DNA of 41,199 bases from Mesotaenium endlicherianum. Taxonomy: Eukaryota. The stretch lies in assembly GCA_009602735.1 (NCBI GenBank), contig WELA01003606.1, positions 309,980 through 351,178 on the forward strand, written 5' to 3'. The notes beneath the pieces were generated by a model. It was not told the origin of the DNA. It searched no databases and saw nothing but the letters and a program-made list of their open reading frames with translations. The number at the start of each line of letters is the position of its first letter. Position 1 is the first letter of the stretch. The translations under genes were made by a program, and so were the position numbers. Of this stretch, positions 24,091 through 36,257 are shown one piece after another.

Positions 24091-25518
24091 GGCTGGTCTT
24101 TTCTCTCGACCTTAGGCAGGTGCCTGACCGGACACTGTTCTCTGTAGTGGCCTTTCTGCTCACAATGGTAGCAAGTAGATTCTGCTGAGGCTGGTCTCGG
24201 CTTAGTCCTACCACCACCCCTTCCATAGCTACCTCGAGAGGGACCACCTCTACCTCTAGACTGAATAGCATTGTACTCATACTCATATTCATCACCCTGA
24301 TTATCCTCAGCCTGGTCTCCTTCAACTGCATTGTAGGAACCGTGGGGCTTTTTGACAATCTTAGACACCAAAGCGTTACTCTGGCGCTTGTGATTTAACT
24401 GCTGCTGATCCCAGGCATCAGCATCCTGGATCAAGTCAGCCAATTTCTCATACTTTTTCTCAGCAAAATGACCAGAGACCTCGGATTTCAAGCCATACCT
24501 GAAGTATGCTATCCTATACCGTTCTGGCAAATCCAGCTGCTTCATCATGTTCTCCTGGAACTTTTGAGCGAACTCGGCAACTGAAGTGGTCTGCTTCAGT
24601 GTCAGGGAGATCATCGCATAGATAGCTTTCTCCTGCTGGTTGATGACATCAAACTTCTCATGCAACTTCTCGACAAACTCTACCCACGTAGGGTCACCGA
24701 GTTGCCGAGCCTTACGCTCTTCCTTCCAGTACAGCCACCAATCTGCGGCACTGCCTTTCAGTAGCGCACCGGTGTGCCTGACCTTCTCGTAATCTTGCAG
24801 TTCTGGGTAGTTCTCCAGCCACTGCTCAACATCCGCGAGAAACTTGATCAGGTAATATTATCTGTTTCCCTCAGGATCATAGTCCTGGGGAGGTTTCGGC
24901 TTGGGCTTACTAGGCCCTCGGCCACCACCACTAGTGGTGTGAGACCCCTGTTGGTCTCTATCCCGCAGTATGGACATTATGATTCTTTTGTCCTCCTGCT
25001 GGGACTGATACATGGTCGCCATTTGCGACTGCATTTGAACGAACAATGCTCCCAAGTCTACACTTTGGGGTGGTAGTCTAGCAAATGCAGCAGCAGCATT
25101 GGCATCTACTCGCTGAGCAGTGTCCTCAACAGTCCCTCTCGCTCCTGCAGCAGCAATTCCTGCCGCATTCAGCCGGTCGCGTATTTGACCTAGGGGTACG
25201 TTGAGTTGTACAGCAGGGGGTGGGTTCAGAACATTGGCCCTTGATGCCATGAGTTCCTCAACAGTGCGCTCGTCAGCTGGCTGTCCTTCCCTCCTTTGTA
25301 TATCTTCAGCGGCCTTTGCTACTTGTTCAGCTTCTAGTCTGGCTATCTCCTCCTCAGCTTGCTGNCTCAGCTTGCTGAGCTGCAATTGCGGCAATAGCAG
25401 CTGCCTCATCTGTAGCCTCCCTAGCTGCAGTGTATGCTACCGCTTCAGAATAGGTACGGGTTCCCGCTACATGGCTTTCCGCCTGGTTTTTGCCATTCTC
25501 GTTATCCTGGTTCTCCAT
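24066..25518 (-). pseudogene. gag: Gag of element B
   Basis: Starts MENQDNEN...; gag core (LKGSAADWW, LKQTTSVAEF); zinc knuckle CYHCEQKGHYREQC; in-frame TAA at 24860-24858 and a frame break at the N at 25365. Confidence 0.88.
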
Positions 25519-25577
25519 GTCTCAGGAGTTGCTAGTTTGAGACCTTGTCCTTACCATACAAAGAAGAGTGTGATAAC

Positions 25578-25590
25578 AGCTCCGATACCA
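25578..25590 (-). promoter_or_regulatory. primer-binding site of B (tRNA-iMet type)
   Basis: TGGTATCGGAGCT 1 nt after the 5' LTR. Confidence 0.92.
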
Positions 25591-25591
25591 C

Positions 25592-26337
25592 TGAAATGAA
25601 TCGACTTACCAAATAAGCGATTAACAATTAATAAAGATCTTTATATCAGCAAGTAATCTTGATGGCAATTTCCGTTAACTGGTTTTCGGCAAAGGACAAT
25701 ACCCTAGCAGTGAATAATACTCGTAAGTCAAATGCGAGTAAACTAGCATCAATAATGCAAATCAGTAAACTCATACATAAGCAAGGTTAGAAGACAGTGC
25801 GTATCAATGGCTTCTCGCCTTGGATTCAGATCTCTCTCAGTAAGCTGTACAAGAGAGTTGGCCTCGTTTCCGAATGCCGAACTCGAGAGCAATGCCTAGC
25901 ATATGTACATGGAATGAGTTTACTGTTCAACGGTCAGTGCGATGGCACCGCCTACCCGGGAGTTAACCACGTTGATAGGACCTCGGTTAACCAAATCCAC
26001 CGCCATCTCCCATCATCCCGAATAGCCATCCATCATAGGGATGTCATCTGGCCATTTATCTAGCGTATCGTGCTTAGGTGTATGTCAAGGCAGTTCACTG
26101 CTACCGAGTACGGAAGTCAGCTGGCTGTAAAAGAATGGGTTAGCAAGCTGACTTATATGGACTTCAGCCTGCTGCTTCCGGCTGAGTCATTAAACTGATA
26201 ATTATGTAAAGTCCAGCAGACTGACTATTAACTAAAGTCCAGCAGACTGGCTACTAACTAAAGTTCAGCAGGCTGAACTTAATTAACTATTTATATTTAA
26301 ATGAATATCATATCTACTAATATATTGATTCATTACA
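25592..26337 (-). repeat. 5' LTR of element B
   Basis: Direct repeat of 10382-11127, followed by the PBS. Confidence 0.97.
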
Positions 26338-27327
26338 CCAAGAAACTCGACCTTCTTGAGACAGAAGTCGCACTTGCTCATCTTCCCATACAGCTTCTGA
26401 TCTCTCAAGACCTCCAACACCTTCCTCAGATGCTCCACATGCTGTTCCAAGGTCTTCAAATAGATCAGGATGTCGTCCAAAAAACCACCACAAACTGGTC
26501 CAAGTAGGGTCTGAAGATACTAATCATGAGTCATATGAATGTAGCAGGTGCATTAGATAATCTAAAAGGCATGACTATGAACTCAAATAAATCGTAGCGA
26601 GTCCTGAAAGCAGTCTTCTGAACGTCTTCTTCCGCAATTCGTACCTGGTGATAGCCACTCCTCAAATCGATCTTTGAGAAATACTTCGCCCCGACAAGCC
26701 TGTCAATCAACTCGTCCAGTCGTGGAAGTGGGTACCTGTTCTTGATGGTGACCTTGTCGAGTGCCCGGTAGTTGACACACATCCTCATAGTCCCATCCTT
26801 CTTCTTCACAAATAAGGCTGGCGCTGCAAATGGAGACTCGCTGGGTTGGATGAATCCCTTCTCCAACAACTCTGTCAGCTGCTTCTTCAACTCGTCCAAC
26901 TCCGCAAACGATTGACGATAGGCGGGTCTCACTGGTGGCTTGCTCCCTGGTTCCAAATCGATCTTGTGCTCCATAGCTCTCTGTGGAGGTAATCCTGCAG
27001 GTAGCTCCTCAGGAAACACGCACTTGAACTCCTCCAACAGCGCCTTCATTTGGGCAGGCATCTCAGCAGGCTTCTTCTCTTGAGCAGTTGGGCTCTGCTC
27101 CTTCTGAGCAAGGGAATCAGACACCACTACTTGCTCCTCCGGCGATGTACATTCGCCCAGGCTGTTAGGATTCACGCTTGCTCCATCTGATGACCTGGCC
27201 AGGGCCACCGAAACAAGGTACATCTCCTTCACCTGATTCGCCCTGCATAGCTTCTTAACTTGCAGGCTCGACAGAAGACAGTTACTTGTGGTCGTATCTA
27301 CCTCCACCTGTTTTGCTGTCTCCATTC
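26338..27327 (-). pseudogene. pol: element C reverse transcriptase N-terminal part
   Basis: [41 protein letters not shown]; stop/frameshift near 26530. Confidence 0.93.
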
Positions 27328-28189
27328 CATGGTTACGCCGTACGCGTATCTGACGCCCTTGATACGCTAAATTTAGCGTATCAAGTTGGTGCGTGCGTAT
27401 CAAGCGTACAAAACTTTTTGCACACCTGTGCGCCGCCCACGACGCCGTTCAACGTCCGTTTGGTCTGGTGCTCAATGTTTTTCCTATTTAAAGTTTCTCG
27501 TCGACAATGTGGGACGGGGATAAAAATAAAGGTTGAACACAGTTTGATGAGTTAGGGCAGTCAATGGCGGGAACACCTGAACCTTCATGCCTTTCAGTTT
27601 GGCTGCTGGCAAGAACTAATCGCTGTGTTAGGTACGAGGATTTAATTCGCAGCATGTACACTAGTGAATACTGACTAGAGTCTTTTTATTGTCATTTTCC
27701 GCGTACTCTTCATTCGTATGTAGAGTCGTATCCAAAACGAAGGAAGGCAATCATTTTAGCAGATCACTGTGGCGCGGCAAGACGCGAATAATAGGCACAT
27801 AAAGAAAAGAGTACCTGATAGTTTGCAGGTGATCACAATCTGGCAACTTTCAGAGCACCTCCCATGCATACCATCTTGTGCTCCTGAGTTTGGCAGGTAT
27901 GCACATAGGGCTGCCAGGCGTGTGCGGGGCGGACCGGGAGTTGTCCTTCTGCGCTTACACATTGCTGACCTCGTGAGCCCCGCACCGTCCCTCTCCACTC
28001 TTGCTTGCACTCCTCATCTCGCCTCCGCCGCCACGTTGTGCTCTTCCAGTAGCAGCACTGCCGGGATTGGGCTTCTGTGGCTGCTGCTTGCTGGGTGCCT
28101 GATTAGTGGCAACGTCAGATCATCTGATAGGGGAGGCAAGGGAAGGCAGAGAGGGTGTGCGGAAGGGAGCAAGCTAGGCAAGGGACGAG

Positions 28190-30280
28190 GGAGGGGAGAG
28201 AGGGCAGGGAGGGAGGGAGGAGCAGGCAGGGATGTGCAGCGCTGCCTGCTGCTGCCTGCACACTCTCCCTTGCAGGCTCAGAGGTGTGCAGATGGGAGCA
28301 GGCGGGAGGAGGAAGGTGGTAGGAGGTAGGAGGTAGGAGGGAGGAGAGAGGGCAGGGAGGGAGGAAGCAAGAGGGAGGGAGGAGCAGGCAGGGATGTGCA
28401 GCGCTGCTTGCTGCTGCCTGCACACTCTCCCTTGCAGGCTCAGAGGTGTGCAGATGGGAGCAGGCGGGAGGAGGAAGGTGGTAGGAGGTAGGAGGTAGGA
28501 GGGAGGAGAGAGTGGGCAGGGAAGAAGGAAGCAGGAGGGAGGAGGGAGCGTTCAGGGATGTGCAGCACTGCCTGCTGCTGCCTGCACACTCTTTGTCTCT
28601 TGCAGGCTCTGGCAGCAGGCTCTGGCTTGTTGGGGTGGGCGGGGGAGTGGGGGGGCTGCTCCTCTCGCGGGGCTGGCAATCATGAGGGGGCTGCAACATA
28701 AGCATCTGCACCCCTTTTCGCCCTCCTTAGTGTGTCCAGGGGCTGTCCTCGCCTCCTGTTTTAGCGTGTGGAGAGGTCTGTGCAGGGGCTGTCTGGGGCA
28801 GGGCAAGGCAGGGCAGAGAGCAGACAGGCTGTGCAGAAGGGAGCAGGTTAGGCGAGGGAGAGGGAGGAGGGAGGAGGGAGGAGGGAGGAGAGTGGGCAAG
28901 GAGGGAGGAAGCAAGAGGAAAGAGGGAGGAGGGAGGAGGGAGGAGAGTGGGTAGGGAGGGAGGAAGCAAGAGGGAGGAGGGAGCGGTCAGGGATGTGCAA
29001 CGCTGCCTGCTGCTGCCTGCACACTCTTTGTCTCTTGCAGGCTCTGGCAGCAGGCTCTGGCTTGTTGGGGTGGGCGGGGGAGTGGGGGGGCTGCTCCTCT
29101 CGCGGGGCTGGCAATCATGAGGGGGCTGTAACATAAGCATCTGCACCCCTTTTCGCCCTCCTTAGTGTGTCCAGGGGCTGTCCTCGCCTCCTGTTTTAGC
29201 GTGTGGAGAGGTTTGTGCAGGGGCTGTCTGGGGCAGGGCAAGGCAGGGCAGAGAGCAGACAGGCTGTGCAGAAGGGAGCAGGTTAGGCGAGGGAGAGGGA
29301 GGAGGGAGGAGGGAGGAGAGTGGGCAAGGAGGGAGGAAGCAAGAGGGAGGAGGGAGGAGGGAGGAGGGAGGAGAGTGGGTAGGGAGGGAGGAAGCAAGAG
29401 GGAGGAGGGAGCGGTCAGGGTTGTGCAACGCTGCCTGCTGCTGCCTGCACACTCTCCGTCTCTTGCAGGCTCTGGCAGCAGGCTCTGGCTTGTTGGGGTG
29501 GGCGGGGGAGTGGGGGGGCTGCTCCTCTCGCGGGGCTGGCAATCATGAGGGGGCTGTAACATAAGCATCTGCACCCCTTTTCGCCCTCCTTAGTGTGTCC
29601 AGGGGCTGTCCTCGCCTCCTGTTTTAGCGTGTGGAGAGGTCTGTGCAGGGGCTGTCTGGGGCAGGGCAAGGCAGGGCAGAGAGCAAACAGGCTGTGCAAA
29701 AGGGAGCAGGTTAGGCGAGGGAGAGGGAGGAGGGAGGAGGGAGGAGAGTGGGCAAGGAGGGAGGAAGCAAGAGGGAGGAGGGAGGAGGGAGGAGGGAGGA
29801 GAGTGGGTAGGGAGGGAGGAAGCAAGAGGGAGGAGGGAGCGGTCAGGGTTGTGCAACGCTGCCTGCTGCTGCCTGCACACTCTCCGTCTCTTGCAGGCTC
29901 TGGCAGCAGGCTCTGGCTTGTTGGGGTGGGCGGGGGAGTGGGGGGGCTGCTCCTCTCGCGGGGCTGGCAATCATGAGGGGGCTGCAACATAAGCATCTAC
30001 ACCCCTTCTCGCCCTCCTTAATGTGTCCAAGGGCTGTCCTCGCCTCTTCTTTTAGCATGTGGAGAGGTCTGTGCAGGGGCTGTCTGGGGCAGGGCAAGGC
30101 AGGGCAGAGAGCAAACAGGCTGTGCAAAAGGGAGCAGGTTAGGCGAGGGAGAGGGAGGAGGGAGGAGGGAGGAGAGTGGGCAGGGAGGGAGGAAGCAAGA
30201 GGGAGGAGGGAACGGGCAGGGATGTGCAGCGCAACCTGCTGCTGCTTGCCCACTCTCTGCCTCTTGCAGGCTCTGGCAGA
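28190..30280 (+). repeat. GA-rich tandem array inside the hAT (two ~163-bp units, then about four ~428-bp units)
   Basis: Anchor CAGGG(A/T)TGTGCA..GCTGCTGCCTGCACACTCT recurs near 28227, 28389, 28554, 28989, 29416, 29844 and 30217; ORFs at 29162 and 29590 are near-identical and 428 bp apart. Confidence 0.93.
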
Positions 30281-30328
30281 TGTCGATGTGCTGACCCCAC
30301 CCACTCTTGCATGGCACGTGCCTGGCAG

Positions 30329-30424
30329 CCCGCAGCCGAGAAGTACCTGAACGACAAGAAGGCCTTCTTCCACGAGTACGTTGAGGCGCACAAGAAGCTT
30401 AGCGAGCTGGGCGCCAAGCTTCAG
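30329..30424 (+). pseudogene. APX: captured exon resembling the C-terminus of ascorbate peroxidase (class I haem peroxidase)
   Basis: PAAEKYLNDKKAFFHEYVEAHKKLSELGAKLQ fits the APX motif EKYA.D..AFF.DY.EAH.KLS.LG; bounded by CTGAC...GGCAG| and |GTGAGC; 96 nt, GC3-rich codons. Confidence 0.82.
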
Positions 30425-31070
30425 GTGAGCTCCATGACTAGCATGCCGTGCCTGGCCTCTGGCTTTGTCGCCCCTTTTTTGCAACCAGCCTCTGCCTGAA
30501 TTGTTGATTAATCCAATGAAGGGAGCTTGGGGGGGGGGAAGGGGGGGGGGGGATGCAGGCTCAGAAGGTCTCAACGCGCACAAATCTGCGTGTGGTGACC
30601 TTGCAACCTCTTGCACTTGAAGCCTGAAGGTGTGCCCAAGGCTTGCGCCCTACCTGGCCCGTGTCTCTGCGCGCTTCATCGCAGCCACCTCTTGCCTGAT
30701 TTGTCAATTAATGCAATGAAGGGCTGCCGGTGGGAGGGGGGGGTGTAGGCTCAGAAGCTGGCTGCCCCGCCAAATCTGCGTACTTCGACCCTGCAAGCTC
30801 TCGCACATCGAGGTGAGCGTGAGGACTTGCACGCCCTGCCTGGCTTGTGGTTTTGCGCGTTCGTTTGCTGCCAGCCCCTGCCTGAATTGTTGATTAAGGC
30901 AAAGAAGGGGGGCTTTTGGGGGGGGGGGTGTGGGTGCATGCTCGAAAGCAGACTGCTCCGCACAAATCTCGTGCGTCGACCCTGCGACCACTTGCAGTTT
31001 GCACAAATCTCGTGCGTCGACCCTGCGACCACTCGCAGTTACAGGTCAGCGCAAGGACTAGCACGCCTAT
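30422..31070 (+). repeat. three degenerate ~190-230-bp repeats plus a 41-bp duplication upstream of the transposase
   Basis: Units share TGCCTGA(A)TTGT..ATTAA, a G-run, GCTC(A)GAA and CAAATCT; GCACAAATCTCGTGCGTCGACCCTGCGACCAC is duplicated at ~30960 and ~31001. Confidence 0.75.
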
Positions 31071-31398
31071 CCCCCTGCCTTTTTGCATGTATGTGTGTGC
31101 GCATGACTTGCCTGCATACGCGCGTTCCTGTGCGCTTCATTGTGGGGCTGTGGGGCAGCTCGCAACAGCGCGCCCGTCGACGCTGCTGCACATGTGGCGC
31201 TCGTTGGGCACGCTGCTGCGGGCTGCCCGGCGTCGTGGGGCAGCCCGCAATAGCGCGCCCAATGACGCTGCTGTGCGTGTGGCGGTTGTCGGGCACGCTG
31301 CTGTGGGCTGCCGCTTGTCGTCGTCGTCGTCGTTGTTGTCTTCTTGCCTTCTCCTTATTCTAACACTGTTTCTCTTGTCCATGCAGATTTTTCTCAAC

Positions 31399-33737
31399 AT
31401 GTCTCTTCCCTCCACGTCATCCGCATCGGCACTTGCTGCAGGGTCATCATCTGCAAGGCTACCTCGTTTGAGCAATGCAATAGAGTGGGGCCATGTGTCG
31501 GTCAATTGGAGTGGGGCTACTCGGAAGTGGAAATGCAACTACTGCAGTAGAGAATTTGGCGGGGGAGTTCCTAGAATTCGCGGTCATTTTACGGGAGGGA
31601 GCAAGGATATTGGTGAGTGTGCAAAGGTACCCACAGAGGTTGTAGCGCTCATGATTAGGCGTCACCAGAACGTGTCGTCCATGGGGGAGGGCAAGAGACG
31701 TAGTAAGAGTGTCGTAGAGGAAAGACGTAGCCGCTTGCTTGGAAGGCCTTCTGCTGGTAATGGGGCTGGATATACCAGTCCAATTGCAAGTGCTGGGGGG
31801 GTAGGCTATGAGAGAGAGAGAGGACAAACGTCTCTCAATGACATGTTTCAGCGGATGAATGCTGATAAAGTTCATGAGGTAGTTGCCCGCTTTTTTTATG
31901 GTACTGGTTCTTCTTTCAATGTGGCTCGCTCCCCGTTGTTTAAGGACATGTTGGTTGCTGTCAGTAAGTACACACAGCAAACTGGTGTAGTGTACACCCC
32001 ATTGAAAGACAAGCCTCTTGGAAGTGCTCTCTTAGATGCGGAGGTCAAGAGGCTAGAAGCGTGGGAGCAGACTCAGAAGAAGGGGTTGCCCTTTACAGGT
32101 TGTAGCGTTGTAGCAGATGGCTGGACAGATCCAAGCGGTCACCCTCTTCTGAATGTCCTCATGGTCATAGCAGGTGTGGAGATATTTGTAGATGCTATCA
32201 ATACCGAAGGGGAGAGGAAGACGGGAGAGTACATTGGTGAGCAGCTCCTTAAAGCTGTGGAGAAAATAGGGCCTGAGCATGTTGTACTTCTTTGCACTGA
32301 CTCTGCAGCCAACATCAAGAAGGGGTGTGAGTTAGTTCAGAAAGAGCACCCGCACATATTTTGGGCACCGTGTGCTGCCCACATCCTAGACCTGCTGTTG
32401 AAAGATCTAGGCAAGATCCCCGAGCTAGCGGACATCGTTGAGAGATTCAAAATTTTGGTTCAATTTGTGACTAACCACCATATGCCTCATGCACTCTATC
32501 GTGAGCATGGAGCGAGGCTATTGAATAAGTTAGAGTTGTTGAAACCAGGACCTACCAGATTTGCAAGTAACTTTCTTTGCTTGCAGAGGCTGATCAGTGT
32601 CAGGGATACATTACAAGCCATGGTGTCTGATAGTAGGTGGCTTGAGTGGGCAGCGATGAACAATTGTGTGAGTGAGGCAACACGGATTAGGGATTTAATT
32701 CGTGACGATCCAGTTTGGGAGAAAATGAAAGTGTGGGTGGATGTGTGTGAGCCGATAGTGGTGCTTCTGCGTTTGGTGGATTCTTCAACGCCTTCATTAG
32801 GAAAAATTTGGCATCGGATGAGTGGGATCCAGAAGCATATTGCCAATTCACCAAGTCTCAAGGCTAGTCACAAGACCCAAGCAAAGAAGGAAGTGGAGGC
32901 ACGTTGGGAGCAGCTTCACAGTCCGCTCCATTCTGCAGGCAAGTGTTCATACTTGATGCTTCTTCTTATGTTCTCCATGGCATTAACATTATTTATTATG
33001 TTATTTAAATTTTGGCAAGAAATTTTGCCGGGCTAGCTTGTTGCTGTCAGGTGTTGCTATAAGGCAATGGTGTATGTAAGTCTTTGTGCGTCCTGCTGAG
33101 CATTATTGTTTTTGTGGTTGCAGCATACTATCTGGACCCCGAGTTCCAGGACCATGACTCTTGGACCGCCGACAGGTGCCTACTCCCAGAGTACATGCAG
33201 GTGGTCAAGTGCATCATTGGAGGATCTGTAGCAGAACGTGCTAAGGTGGACCAAGAGTTGGCGCTCTATCGCCGATGTGGCGACACGTTCGGCGATGATG
33301 TTGTGAAGGCCAACAAGACCAAGATGCCAGCTCACATTTGGTGGGAAACATACGGAAGTGCGTGTCCTAACCTTCAAAGGGTTGCTATAAAAGTTCTCTC
33401 GCAACCTGCTTCTGCTGCTGCGTGTGAGAGAAACTGGTCTGAGTATGGTTTTGTTCATAACCCGCTACGAAATAGGCTGCTTGCAACGAGAGCAAGGAAG
33501 CTAGTGTATGTGCATTCCATGTTGAGGCTGCAAGAGAAGAGTGTGAAGTTGCTAAGCGGAGAAAGCGTTGGAGAAACGTCTTGGGTGGAGGAAGCAGACT
33601 TTGTGGAAGCGGAGGTAGTACCTTCCCAAGATAACGTTGAGTTGTCTGAGGAAGAAGGGGCAGAGGAGGAGGTGGAGGAGCTGCCTCTTACTGTGGCAGC
33701 TCCAGGTAGAAGAAAATTCAGGTCAATTGACTACTAG
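31399..33737 (+). CDS. hAT transposase (BED finger, DUF659-type core, C-terminal dimerisation domain); exons 31399-32938 and 33124-33737, ~717 aa
   Basis: WKCNYC...RIRGHF...C; ADGW, TDSAAN, CAAH, TRFAS, ACERNWS; splicing restores LHSAAYYLDP; ATG follows TTCTAAC...TGCAG| at 31386. Confidence 0.92.
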
Positions 33738-34742
33738 TCTTTATATGTAGCTTGCATGTGATTAACAGGAAAAAACAAAACTGGAAGAGTCTTAATATAT
33801 TTTATTATAATGTTGAATCCTATTAGCTTGCAAGTTATTTTTACCACCTTATGACAAAACGGCAAGATAAGTAAGGAACATCTTATGACAGAGGTAGGAT
33901 TTGCATGTCATTGATGATTTGTATGAGTTTTTTTTTTGCAATCATGTAAGATTAAATTGTTGACACATGAAATTTAATTTGCTATTACATGAACCATTAA
34001 TAAAGAAAGGGTAGGATACGTATTGTTGCATATTTATCTGGTTAAGAAGCAATTCATACGTTATTGACCATGTAGGTAACTTGTAACTTGTGCACTAAAA
34101 GTTACCACGCATACACATTTTGCGCTTCAAAATGTGTACCCAAAACTCTCTTCATGTGTAATTGGAAATCATTTTTCTTATCATAACAACCTATATGACT
34201 CTGTCTTGAACAAGGAGGTCATTTGAGTTAAGTTTGGACACAGCTAATTAGGAAATTTGCCAAATAATATGAATCACAAATAGAGGATAAAGTATTAAAT
34301 AATCCAATATGCCATACACCAAACATGGAATGTAATATGCACTTGTTTATAGATAAAACATACACCATCTTGAATGGACATAGTGATAAGTTACTGTGAT
34401 TATAGTGTGCATCATTCACATTTTGCTGCCAGCACCGACGGCCAACTGGGTGAAGGGGAAAAAAAAAACTTCAAAAGTTTCCGTAATATATTTTTTCTTT
34501 AACAAAAAACGCCTTCATTAGGAAATTTTTTGTTGCTGCCCGGATTACTCAAAAAAAAGTACAATTGTACGATTACGCGTGCGACCGTCAGGACTTACCG
34601 TCGACGTTCAAACTTAACGTCGTGACGTCGACATTAGCACATATTAAGCGTATCAAGCGTATTGAGCTATTTTGTTACATAACGAATTTAGCGTATTAGC
34701 GTTTATAGCGTATATAGCGTACTAACGTATGGCGTAACCCTG

Positions 34743-36220
34743 CTCCATTCGACCATCACGCCCTTGGACCTTCACTTGTCCTGTGCTCTAGTGCACTTGA
34801 GAGTTGGCTTTTCTTAGCCATGGTCGGCCCAATATCACCTCATGGTGACCTAACTCTGCCTGCTCTATAACTTCCTTACTCCGGTGCCCCGCTACTTCCA
34901 CGTGAATAGCTTTCATAGGTGCACCACACTTGAGTCTCTGCCCATTCGCCAAAATTGCCTCCTGAGGCTCATAATTCTTCTGCACAGGGATTCACCACTC
35001 TTTCACCAGCTTCTTGTGCACAAAATTTGCACTTGCGCCACTGTTGACCATACACTTCGCCTTGTTGCCGTCGACTACTCCTTCCACGATGATAGGCTTG
35101 TCAACATCTCGTCCTTTGCTTCTCGGCAGGCTCCTTGGGATAACCTCTTTGTGAGTTCTCGTCTTCACGCCAGTAGACACCCCAGAACGACTTACTGGCG
35201 TCCTCGTTTTTCCTGCTGTTGAAATTGCTTCGCCTTCACACGACAGTCTCGAGCCAGATGTCAAAGCTTGCCACAATTATAGCAGGGTCCTCTCGGCTTA
35301 AAATTTTGCTGCCTGCGCTGGTATCGAACAAGTCCCAACTCCATGGGTACTGGACCTTGTCCACTCGTGATTGGCGCTTGAGATCCAAAGGGTCGATAAC
35401 CTCCAAAGTTATGGTTGCCCCACTGCCTCTGACTATACTCCACAGCGTCGACCCTTGTTGCCAATGCCATCATTTCTCCAAGACTGGTAGAGTCCTTGAG
35501 CGCCACTTCCTTGGCCACAGGTGGCTTGAGTCCCCTCTTGAACTTGTCCATCATCTCCGACTTGTGCATAAATGGACATTGAAGCACCAGCTTGTTGAAG
35601 CGCGATACATACTCCTAAACGCTTCCTCGTTGACGAAGGCGCACCAATAGGTCTCGAGCGGTAGCCTCGGGTGCAATAGGCTGAAATTGCCTTTTCAAGC
35701 CTTCAAATAGCTGATCAACAGTAGCAGGAACTCCAAACAGCTGCTCCTGTCGCTCATACCAAGCTCCAGCACTCTTCTTCAGCAAAGTAATCACAAAGGC
35801 GACTTGCCTGTCAGGCGTGAGCGCAAAATACTCCATAAACTTCTTCACTCCAAAAATCCATTGATGAACAGGCAACGATCCACGCTCTCCAGTATACACT
35901 TCAGGCTTGGGCGCACGCACTCCCGATGCGGATGGAATAACTGGTTGCACCACTAGGTTAACATGAATTGGTGGCACAACAGGTGTAGGTGCCGAACTCG
36001 TCGAAGCGGCGTTCCCAACAATAACTCGCACCATTCTCTCCACCTCCGCGCGCATATTTTGTTGAAATTGGGCGTAGACTTCTCCTCCAATTGCAGTTGC
36101 CATTTGCCTTAGCATCGCCTGCATCTCTGGTTGCTCTCTGGTCATTGTTGGTGGTGCCTGCCCCGCGCACTCAACATGCTCGACATGTTCGCCTCCTCCA
36201 GCTGCCGACTGCGACTCCAT
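34743..36220 (-). pseudogene. gag: element C gag and protease, degraded
   Basis: Gag core LLKKSAGAWY, PVPMELG, knuckle CYNCGKL*HLARDC; protease MVNSGASANF (catalytic D to N), VILGRPWL; several stops. Confidence 0.9.
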
Positions 36221-36242
36221 AATATAATTTGCAAACTAGCCC

Positions 36243-36255
36243 AGCTCCGATACCA
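36243..36255 (-). promoter_or_regulatory. primer-binding site of C (tRNA-iMet type)
   Basis: TGGTATCGGAGCT 2 nt after the 5' LTR. Confidence 0.92.
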
Positions 36256-36257
36256 GA

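Larger units (their letters stand above)
10382..26337 (-). mobile_element. Ty3/gypsy chromovirus 'B', full length, with accessory ORF3; interrupted by element D
   Basis: 746-bp LTRs (about 9 differences, hand count); perfect TSD CCAAG at 10377-10381 and 26338-26342; PBS 25590-25578; PPT 11140-11128; splits RT of C at VEFLG|HIV. Confidence 0.97.
27328..34742 (+). mobile_element. hAT-superfamily DNA transposon, apparently autonomous (7.4 kb)
   Basis: 17-bp TIRs CATGGTTACGCCGTACG / CAGGGTTACGCCATACG (15/17); perfect 8-bp TSD CTCCATTC (27320-27327, 34743-34750); subterminal (A)GCGTA repeats; internal transposase. Confidence 0.97.

Noticed and set aside
28115..30616. Many long Pro/Ser/Leu- or Arg/Gly/Glu-rich ORFs
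   Set aside because: By-products of the stop-poor GA-rich tandem array.
30916..31398. 161-aa N-terminal extension of the transposase ORF
   Set aside because: TTG start, low complexity; a branch point and acceptor at 31386 suggest it is intron/UTR.
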